Source of the DNA: Smithella sp.
GTDB lineage: Bacteria > Desulfobacterota > Syntrophia > Syntrophales > Smithellaceae
Direction: 5' to 3'
Assembly (NCBI GenBank): GCA_018056685.1
Contig: JAGPFC010000001.1
Coordinates: 239,924-303,923 of the forward strand
DNA length: 64,000 nucleotides
The position numbers were made by a program, and so were the translations under genes. A model generated the notes under the pieces. The model was not told the origin of the DNA and searched no databases. It saw only the letters and a program-made list of their open reading frames with translations. This document shows, piece by piece, positions 56,839-64,000 of this stretch. Position 1 is the stretch's first letter. The number at the start of each line of letters is the position of its first letter.

Positions 56839-58497
56839 TTATAAATTTGTTTTATCAGGTTGAACTTTTATTTCCACCACTTTGGCATCGGAAAGCTCAT
56901 CCATGACTTTCTGCAAAAGCGGCTGTCTCATTGCCTCCCTTTTTATATCATTAATGACACTGGCCTGATTGCGTCCGTTGCCTGCGGTCGGGCTGCCGGT
57001 TTCCGTGTTCACTGTTTCAACCTTAAGAACAACTTTTTTCCGGAAAAATCTGGTGGCAATTTCTTCCAGTTTTCCTTTTTGTGTCGTTTTGACTTCATCC
57101 AGATAAATGAAATTTGACGGAAAACCAAGCGTCAGACAATCATTTTCATAACTTAAAAATTCGACTTCTGCCCCAAGAACGGGACTTTCTTTTTTAATAA
57201 ATCTTTTCAGATTATCACGCAGGACAGAAAAATCTGCCGGCGCATTCTGTGTTTCCTGAACGGCAACTTTGGAACTCAACGCTGTTTCGTGATTTGATGG
57301 ATTTAACGAAGGATACGGTAAAGAATTCCCGGTATCCTGCGTCAAACCGTTTTGTAATTTTCTTTCAATATTTTCAATGGTCGAAATGATTTCGCCAATG
57401 GGTACAATCGGTTGCAGATAAGCCATTTTAACGATGATGGTTTCCAGTTTCATCCTCGGTTCCTGACTGCGACGGAAATTTCCTTCTTCCGCAATCAGAA
57501 TTTCCAGATAACGTTGAAACGTCTCGCGCGATACTTTCTGCACCTGGGTTGTGAGCTTTTCAATTTGCTCGGTGGCGATATCAAAAGAAGAACTGCCTTC
57601 CGCGGCAATTTTAACCAGCAGAAGATTCCTGAAATGCTTGAGCAGCATCTGATAGAAATACTTCATATCGATCCCGCCCAGGTAAGCTTCTTCCAGGATC
57701 AGCAGGCACGCGCCGGCATCCTGATTTAAAACCGCTTCGGAAAGGCGGAAGAGATACTTGCGGGCGGCCAGACCCAGACATTCTTCCACATCGGCATCTT
57801 GGATGTCCATTCCGGCGTAGGAAATAACCTGATCAAAAATACTCTGCGAATCCCGCATGCTGCCGTCGCCGGCCTCGGCGATCCAAGAAAGCGCGATCGG
57901 GCTGATTTTAATTCCTTCCTTGTTGGCTACAAGCTCCAGATTCGCGATGATTTCCCTGAGGGATATCCGGCGAAAATCATAGCATTGGCAACGCGAAAGG
58001 ATGGTGGCCGGTATTTTATGGCTTTCGGTGGTGGCAAACATGAAAATCACGTGCGCCGGAGGTTCTTCCAGCGTTTTCAGAAGCGCATTAAAAGCCGGAT
58101 CTGTCAGCATGTGTACTTCATCGATGATGTATATTTTGTAGCGGGAAGAGGCCGGGGCGAATTTGACATTCTCCCGCAGTTCGCGGATTTCATCAATGCC
58201 GCGATTGGAAGCGCCGTCAATTTCATGCACGTCCAGCGACGAGTTGTTGGTTATCTCCCTGCAATTCGCGCATTCATTGCAGGGCGTGGCTGTCGGTCCC
58301 TTTTCGCAATTGAGCGCTTTGGAGAGAATCCGGGCTACGGACGTTTTCCCGACACCACGCGGACCGCTGAAAAGAAATGCGTGTGCCACACGTCCCTGGG
58401 CGATGGCATTGCGCAAAGTCTTGACCACATGTGCCTGACCGGCAACTTCTTCAAAAGTCTGCGGTCTGAATTTCCGGGCTAGGACCTGATACTCCAA
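56839..58497 (-). CDS. dnaX: DNA polymerase III subunit gamma/tau
   Basis: YQVLARKFRPQTFEEV.GQ.HV...L.NA......HAFLFSGPRGVGKTS, CNEC..C, IDEVHML. Confidence 0.9.
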   Translation of the reverse strand: MEYQVLARKFRPQTFEEVAGQAHVVKTLRNAIAQGRVAHAFLFSGPRGVGKTSVARILSKALNCEKGPTATPCNECANCREITNNSSLDVHEIDGASNRGIDEIRELRENVKFAPASSRYKIYIIDEVHMLTDPAFNALLKTLEEPPAHVIFMFATTESHKIPATILSRCQCYDFRRISLREIIANLELVANKEGIKISPIALSWIAEAGDGSMRDSQSIFDQVISYAGMDIQDADVEECLGLAARKYLFRLSEAVLNQDAGACLLILEEAYLGGIDMKYFYQMLLKHFRNLLLVKIAAEGSSSFDIATEQIEKLTTQVQKVSRETFQRYLEILIAEEGNFRRSQEPRMKLETIIVKMAYLQPIVPIGEIISTIENIERKLQNGLTQDTGNSLPYPSLNPSNHETALSSKVAVQETQNAPADFSVLRDNLKRFIKKESPVLGAEVEFLSYENDCLTLGFPSNFIYLDEVKTTQKGKLEEIATRFFRKKVVLKVETVNTETGSPTAGNGRNQASVINDIKREAMRQPLLQKVMDELSDAKVVEIKVQPDKTNL

Positions 58498-58671
58498 CTG
58501 AACACCTGATGACCATTTTTCTTTCTTCGGTTAACTTTGTTGCTTCGTCCCCGTTATTATTTGACCGGATGCGTAACCGAGGGATCCGCAACAAAATAAC
58601 TATTCTACCTTAACCGGGATTCGACACCGGAAAGGTGGCAATTCCAATCAAAATGGCAAGTAAAAACTGAT

Positions 58672-58766
58672 GACCGGGTTGACCGCAACACATGTCGGAC
58701 ATTGCTACCGCTGCTTCCTTCCGGACCTGACGGGGTTCACAAGCCTCCGTTGCGCGGGACCCGGCC
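58672..58766 (-). ncRNA. ffs: signal recognition particle RNA (4.5S, small type)
   Basis: The minus strand contains the conserved domain IV core gtcaggtccggaaggaagcagc, closed by the long helix ggccgggt...acccggtc. It has the usual position upstream of dnaX. Confidence 0.8.
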
Positions 58767-58889
58767 ATATTATTCAACAACTAACCGGATGAGACTATTA
58801 ATCGATAAATGAATAGGAATCAACTCATATTTTTCAAGTCTGTTTTCCCGGCCATATGATTGTTTTTCAAAAAGGCAGATTTTATCTGC

Positions 58890-59450
58890 TTATCGGCAAT
58901 ATTTCGCAGTTGTTGTGCCTGACTTACATATGTTATTTTTCGCGGGGAAAAGTTCATCCAGCGGCAAATCCGATGTCTGGTGGCCTTTCCCGATAATTTT
59001 CCCTTCGCTGTCCACCAGGATTAATGTCGGCACCCCTGGAATATTATAATGAGAAGCGACGTTACTGTCCGAATCCAACAGGACTTGGCCGGGAAATGAA
59101 CTTTCCTTGGCATAACGCGCAACTTTTGCGGTTGATTCATTCACATTAATATAAATAAATTTCAATCCGCGGTGGGCGTACTGGTAATAAAGCGTATTGT
59201 AGAGAGGCATTTCGCTGCGGCAGCCGGGACACCACGTGGTTCCGAAAAACATGACAACTGGACTTCCCTTTTGACTGCTCAACGTAAATGTATTTCCCTG
59301 AATATCCCTTAATGAAAAATCTGGCGCATCAATATTTTTTTGCTGAGCAAAATCTCCCGATCTGTATTGTCCGGAATACAGGGCAAGAGGGATACAGATA
59401 AGTAGAATCAAAGAAACTGAAAGTATCGTTATTTTTTTATTCATTAGCAT
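58890..59450 (-). CDS. secreted thioredoxin-fold thiol:disulfide oxidoreductase (TlpA/ResA-like)
   Basis: Signal/anchor helix and a WCPGC active site. Confidence 0.7.
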   Translation of the reverse strand: MLMNKKITILSVSLILLICIPLALYSGQYRSGDFAQQKNIDAPDFSLRDIQGNTFTLSSQKGSPVVMFFGTTWCPGCRSEMPLYNTLYYQYAHRGLKFIYINVNESTAKVARYAKESSFPGQVLLDSDSNVASHYNIPGVPTLILVDSEGKIIGKGHQTSDLPLDELFPAKNNICKSGTTTAKYCR

Positions 59451-59714
59451 CTCCTTTCACATGGTTCGCTTTTTTATTCTTTAACAAAACAGGAATCTAA
59501 TTGCATTGATTTAGATCAATGCCAAAATTTCTTTATAAGAGATTGTATGTGATGGGCTCGCTTTCGGCAAAGCGCGGGGAAAAAGCCGCCGGGTTCAAAA
59601 CGGTTAGAGTAAATTTAAAATAGATGCAATAAAAATTGGATTTTGCAAACGATGTTATGGTTTTCAAAGACGATTGCTGAATTACAAATGCTACAGTATT
59701 CCTGCTAGAAGGGA

Positions 59715-59812
59715 TATCCGTATGTGCTTCGCACAAGGGACAATTCCATTGACGTTTCATAGTTCGCCTTACGCTTCAAACGTTGCTTCGCTCGTTTTCA
59801 GCTTGGCTCACT
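59715..59812 (-). repeat. family A repeat copy next to tRNA-Ser
   Basis: The minus strand reads gagccaagctgaaaacgagcgaagcaacgtttgaagcgtaaggcgaact...ggaattgtccc-ttgtgcgaagcacat.. Confidence 0.7.
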
Positions 59813-59832
59813 ATAAACGAATGTCATTGAAA

Positions 59833-59926
59833 TGGCGGAGAGAGCGGGATTTGAACCCGCGGTACACCTTTGGGGGCGTACACACGATTTCCAGTCGTGC
59901 TCCTTCAGCCGCTCGGACATCTCTCC
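59833..59926 (-). tRNA. tRNA-Ser (anticodon GGA), CCA encoded, long variable arm
   Basis: ggagagatgtccgagcggctgaaggagcacgactGGAaatcgtg...gcgggttcaaatcccgctctctccgcca. Confidence 0.85.
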
Positions 59927-60195
59927 GCAAATTTTATAAAATCAAAGAACCCTCAAAGTTTTCGTCTGCCATAAATCATAATTTCAAGGCTGCTCTTTCT
60001 AACAAATAAAAATTTATAATTCAAGATTTATCATTATCAGATTTTGTTATTCTCAGTGACTTCCCGTTAAAAATAAAGTTTTTCTTACAGAGCAGGATCG
60101 AAACTGTCACAAAAAAGCCGGATTACCAGCGTTTTTTTAGCATCATGATGTGTATTGAAACACCGGGCCTGTTCCTGATATTTCTTGCGGCCGCA

Positions 60196-61647
60196 TTATT
60201 TTCGCCAAAAGGCCGGTATGAGCAGAACAATAATCGTATAAATTTCCAGACGTCCCAGAAGCATGGCAAAGATCAGTATCCATTGCCCAGCAATAGGAAC
60301 GCCGGCAAAATTATCCATCGGACCAACACTGCCCAACCCGGGACCTACATTTCCCAGACATGTCGCCATTGCGGTAAGAGATGAAATCACGTCCAGACCG
60401 AGGGCTGCCAAAGCAATCGCTCCGATAATAAAAATGGCCACATAGAGCAGGAAAAATCCCCAGATACTGCGTATGATTGTTTGCGAAACGGGGTTATTGC
60501 CGAGTTTTACTATGGTTGTGGCGTGCGGATGTATGATGTGGAAAATTTCCTGGTAGCAGTGCTTGACCAGCAGGATGAGCCGCATAATCTTGATGCCTCC
60601 CCCGGTTGACCCGGCCATGCTGCCCAAAAACATGCAGAAAAAGAGAACGAGCTGTGAAAAGTCGGGCCATTTTTCATAGTCCGCTGTGGCAAATCCGGTC
60701 GTTGTGATAATCGAAACAACCTGGAAAGAAGCATAACGGAAAGCATCAAGAAGCCGGGGATAGATGGTTCCGTAAACATCCAGGAAGACAAGCAGAATAA
60801 ATATACCGGTGATACCGAAATAGACACGAAGCTCCGGGTCACGAAAAAACTGTCGGGGATGACCATTAATCAATTTGTAATGAAGTGAAAAATTGATTCC
60901 CGCCAAAAACATGAACATCATAATGATAAAATCAATATAGATGCTCTGATAATGTCCGACGCTGGCGTTTTTTGTTGAGAAGCCCCCCGTAGGCATCGTG
61001 GTAAAGCTGTGACAGATGGAATCATAAAGAGACATGCCGCCAAAAAGAAGGAGGATGATTTGTGTCATCGTCATGATCACGTAAATTTTCCACAAAACTT
61101 TCGCCGTGCTGGATATTCGAGGCGTCAATTTATCAACCACAGGACTCGGAGTTTCTGCCTTATAAAGCTGCATGCCTCCGATACCAAGGAAAGGAAGAAT
61201 GGCAATAGACAGAACGATGATGCCCATACCTCCAAGCCACTGGGTCTGAGCCCGCCACAGAAGCATGGCTGGAGGAAGCGCCTCGATATTCTTCAGAATG
61301 CTGGCGCCCGTCGTTGTAAATCCGGACATGGATTCAAAATAGGCCTGTGTAAAATTTGGAATCGCTCCGGAAATAAGATACGGCAGCGTCGCGGTCAGTC
61401 CGGCAGCGATCCATCCCAGGGTGACGATGGCCATGCCACTCCGATGGTTCAGATAATAATCATGATGGCCGCGGGTCATAAAAAATACTATGCCACCAAG
61501 GCCACAAGTGACAAGCATGGAAATAACAATGGCCAGAGCGCTGCCATCATTATAATAAAGCGAAACAAAAAGAGGCAGGCTCATGGATAATCCAAGATAG
61601 ATAACCACAACAGCCACCAGGTAAAAAATAAGGCGAAAATTCATCAA
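60196..61647 (-). CDS. trkH: Trk-type potassium uptake protein TrkH
   Basis: Multi-TM protein with repeated ..TTTGF / ..TGGF / ..GNVGPG selectivity-filter-like motifs. Confidence 0.9.
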   Translation of the reverse strand: MMNFRLIFYLVAVVVIYLGLSMSLPLFVSLYYNDGSALAIVISMLVTCGLGGIVFFMTRGHHDYYLNHRSGMAIVTLGWIAAGLTATLPYLISGAIPNFTQAYFESMSGFTTTGASILKNIEALPPAMLLWRAQTQWLGGMGIIVLSIAILPFLGIGGMQLYKAETPSPVVDKLTPRISSTAKVLWKIYVIMTMTQIILLLFGGMSLYDSICHSFTTMPTGGFSTKNASVGHYQSIYIDFIIMMFMFLAGINFSLHYKLINGHPRQFFRDPELRVYFGITGIFILLVFLDVYGTIYPRLLDAFRYASFQVVSIITTTGFATADYEKWPDFSQLVLFFCMFLGSMAGSTGGGIKIMRLILLVKHCYQEIFHIIHPHATTIVKLGNNPVSQTIIRSIWGFFLLYVAIFIIGAIALAALGLDVISSLTAMATCLGNVGPGLGSVGPMDNFAGVPIAGQWILIFAMLLGRLEIYTIIVLLIPAFWRK

Positions 61648-63002
61648 AAATACTCCAGTTTGACCGTGAGAAGCCCTTCCAGTTTGTTGATAACTTGTTG
61701 CATGGCAAAAATAATCAGATGATCATGAGGAAGAACAACGGTACTGCCCCTGGGAATGATAATTTCATCTCCCCGCACAATGGCACCTACGATAACCCCC
61801 GGAGGGAAGTCAACTTTGGACAGAGGGGTGTTGACGATATCTGACGTTTCCAGGGCTTCCGCTTCGATGGCTTCGGCTTGTTCTTCCCTGAGAGGCGCCA
61901 CGGAAATAATTTTCCCCTTGCGCAGATATTGGAGGACCGCCCTCACGGCAGACATCCGGGGATTGATAACCGTGTCCAGGCCGATGGCCGAAACAATATG
62001 CATGTAGCTCATCTTGCTGACGCGGGTAATGGTGCGTTTGGTTCCGAGTTCCTTGGCTAGCAATGATATCAGAACATTACTTTCTTCATCTCCGGTAACG
62101 GCAATCAGCATATCCATGTCTCCGATATTTTCTTCGCGGAGAAGATCGCGGTCAGCGCCATCACCTTTAATAACTGTAATATGCTTCAACTGCAGATTGG
62201 CGTCTTTGCATTTCCTTCCGTCATTATCAATGATTTTTACGTTCAAATAAGGTTTATCCAGAGCTTTTGCGACGGCCATCCCTGTTCCCCCGGCGCCGAC
62301 AATAATGATGTTTTTAGTCACTTTTGCTTTCATATTGAGGCGTTTTAGAGTTTGAGTAATCTCCGATTTTTTGATGACCAAATAAACGAGGTCCAGAGGG
62401 TGAATGATATCATTACCGCTGGGAATGAGAATCTTGTGGCCGCGGACTATCGCACCGATAAGCAGTTCTTCTTTATGCATGTTAAAGTCACTGAGTTTTT
62501 TCCCCGCAAGAGGTGAGTCGTTTAATATCAAAAAACTTACCAGCTTAATCTCGCCTCCCAGGAAATCAATCACCTCCGACGCTCCCGGCACATCAATCAG
62601 GCCGAGAATGGTATTCACCATCATGCTCTGGGTGTTGATAATCAGATCAACGCCGAGAATATCTTTACTGAATAAAGATTTTTCCTGAATATATTCCTGG
62701 CTTCTGACTCGGGCGATTTTGACGGTGTGCTGATTAAGGCTTCTGGCTAAAAGACAGGCGAGCAAATTGACTTCGTCAATGTCGGTTGCTGCTACCAGAA
62801 GTTTCGCATCCTGGATACCGGCTAAACGGAGTGTTTTGGGACTTGTCCCGGATCCTTGAAATACCTGAACGTCAAGATTTTCGTTAATCCGCCGGACCTT
62901 TCCCGGATCCCTTTCGATTAAAACAACATCCTTTTTCTCGTCGGACAGCTTTTGAGCGATGTGGTATCCGACTTCACCAGCTCCAATGATGATAACGCGC
63001 AT
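61644..63002 (-). CDS. trkA: Trk system NAD-binding protein TrkA (two RCK modules)
   Basis: MRVIIIGAGEVG and a second IIVGAGGTG Rossmann motif. The start was chosen at 63002 (GGAG RBS); the track starts at 63014. Confidence 0.9.
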   Translation of the reverse strand: MRVIIIGAGEVGYHIAQKLSDEKKDVVLIERDPGKVRRINENLDVQVFQGSGTSPKTLRLAGIQDAKLLVAATDIDEVNLLACLLARSLNQHTVKIARVRSQEYIQEKSLFSKDILGVDLIINTQSMMVNTILGLIDVPGASEVIDFLGGEIKLVSFLILNDSPLAGKKLSDFNMHKEELLIGAIVRGHKILIPSGNDIIHPLDLVYLVIKKSEITQTLKRLNMKAKVTKNIIIVGAGGTGMAVAKALDKPYLNVKIIDNDGRKCKDANLQLKHITVIKGDGADRDLLREENIGDMDMLIAVTGDEESNVLISLLAKELGTKRTITRVSKMSYMHIVSAIGLDTVINPRMSAVRAVLQYLRKGKIISVAPLREEQAEAIEAEALETSDIVNTPLSKVDFPPGVIVGAIVRGDEIIIPRGSTVVLPHDHLIIFAMQQVINKLEGLLTVKLEYF

Positions 63003-63092
63003 GACATACTCCACTCTTTTCTACATTCTGGTTAAATGTTTTAATGCTCGCATGAACACAAAAAGAAATCACACCACCATCCCACAGACCTC

Positions 63093-64000
63093 TTAATTTT
63101 TTAGATCGTATTTCTTCAGCTTATAGCGCAGCATCCGTTCTGATATTCCCAAAATGCCGGCGGCTTTGGTTTGATTATCCTGTGCCTTGTCCATCGCGTC
63201 GATGATGAGCTTCTTTTCGAGTTCATCCAATGATTCCTTTAAAGCACTGAAAGGTTTTTTTTCTGAATCTTCTGCCAGGAAATCTGCTTTGAACGGCAGG
63301 TCGTTGGTGGTGATGTATTCCTCCCGGGCAATTACGACAGCCCGTTCCATGATATTTTCCAGTTCGCGGATATTGCCCGGATAGTCGTATTTCAAAAGCA
63401 AGTCTCTGGCTTCAGCCGTAAAACCTTTAACATTTTTCCCGTTTTCTTTGGCGAATTTATCCACAAAATAGTCAATCAAAACCGGTATGTCTTCTTTTCT
63501 ATCTCTCAGCGGCGGCAAAGATATGGTAACGACTTTTAACCGGTAAAACAAATCATCGCGAAAATTTCCTTCGGCAACCTGTATGTCCAGATCACGATTC
63601 GTGGCGCTGATAAACCGGACATCAACGCGCAAATTAACATTGCTGCCGAGACGTTGAAATTCCCGTTCCTGCAGGAAACGTAAAAGTTTGACCTGAATGG
63701 AAGGACTGAGCTCTCCGATTTCATCAAGAAAGATTGTGCCGCCGTCGGCTTCTTCAAACCGGCCGATCCGTCGGGCGGACGCTCCGGTAAAAGCTCCTCT
63801 TTCATGACCGAACAATTCGCTTTCCAGGAGGTTTTCATGCAGGGCAACACAATTAACAATGACGATAGGTTTGTCGGCACGGGGACTCAATTGATGAATC
63901 AGCCGCGCCAGCAATTCCTTGCCCGTCCCACTCTCTCCCTGAATCAGCACGGATGCTTTGCTGGCGGCAACTCGTCCGGCCAGATTGATAATTTCTGCCA
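63093..64000 (-). CDS. sigma-54-dependent transcriptional activator (NtrC/Fis family), 5' part runs off the window
   Basis: AAA+ motifs [26 protein letters not shown] and C-terminal Fis HTH ..[19 protein letters not shown]. The frame is open to position 64000. Confidence 0.85.
   Translation of the reverse strand, partial: AEIINLAGRVAASKASVLIQGESGTGKELLARLIHQLSPRADKPIVIVNCVALHENLLESELFGHERGAFTGASARRIGRFEEADGGTIFLDEIGELSPSIQVKLLRFLQEREFQRLGSNVNLRVDVRFISATNRDLDIQVAEGNFRDDLFYRLKVVTISLPPLRDRKEDIPVLIDYFVDKFAKENGKNVKGFTAEARDLLLKYDYPGNIRELENIMERAVVIAREEYITTNDLPFKADFLAEDSEKKPFSALKESLDELEKKLIIDAMDKAQDNQTKAAGILGISERMLRYKLKKYDLKN

Noticed and set aside
57033-57041. A-run (GAAAAAAG on the coding strand) in dnaX as a possible programmed -1 frameshift site for a gamma subunit.
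   Set aside because: The codon register is cgg-aaa-aaa-gtt, not the A-AAA-AAG register needed for tandem slippage. The site is also only about 70 codons from the C-terminus.

Overview
64 kb chromosomal segment from an anaerobic bacterium, probably Desulfobacterota-like. That guess rests on gene content: two selenocysteine formate dehydrogenases, a 2-oxoacid:ferredoxin oxidoreductase, a HydBC-like NADH module, a sigma-54 activator and a B12-dependent acyl-CoA mutase operon. Most of the window is core metabolism and housekeeping: Sec-FDH cluster with fdhE; Ni ECF transporter, nikR and larE/larB/larC; mutase-meaB-adenosyltransferase operon; MacB-like ABC export unit; OFOR plus NuoEF-like operon; split class I fumarase; recR-ybaB-dnaX-SRP RNA; trkAH; tRNA-Gln and tRNA-Ser. 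Several accessory insertions sit inside this backbone. (1) An AT-rich island of about 4.7 kb (about 500-5200) carries a 927-aa SIR2_2-type (DSR-like) protein followed by two small multi-pass membrane proteins; the membrane pair is bracketed by a 38-bp direct repeat. This is my best candidate for an undescribed defence system. (2) A PUA/EVE-like plus nuclease-like fusion gene sits between larE and larB, next to two copies of a TTATACAG-N-CTGTATAA palindrome. (3) A HigBA cassette is flanked by an 85-bp duplication of the fdhA 3' end, and a higB relic lies 3 kb upstream. (4) A RelE/XRE toxin-antitoxin pair is wedged between the two fumarase subunit genes. Intergenic regions also carry a dispersed family of short hairpin repeats whose loops contain GCGAAGCG. 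All calls come from reading the sequence and translations; no database search or computation was run.
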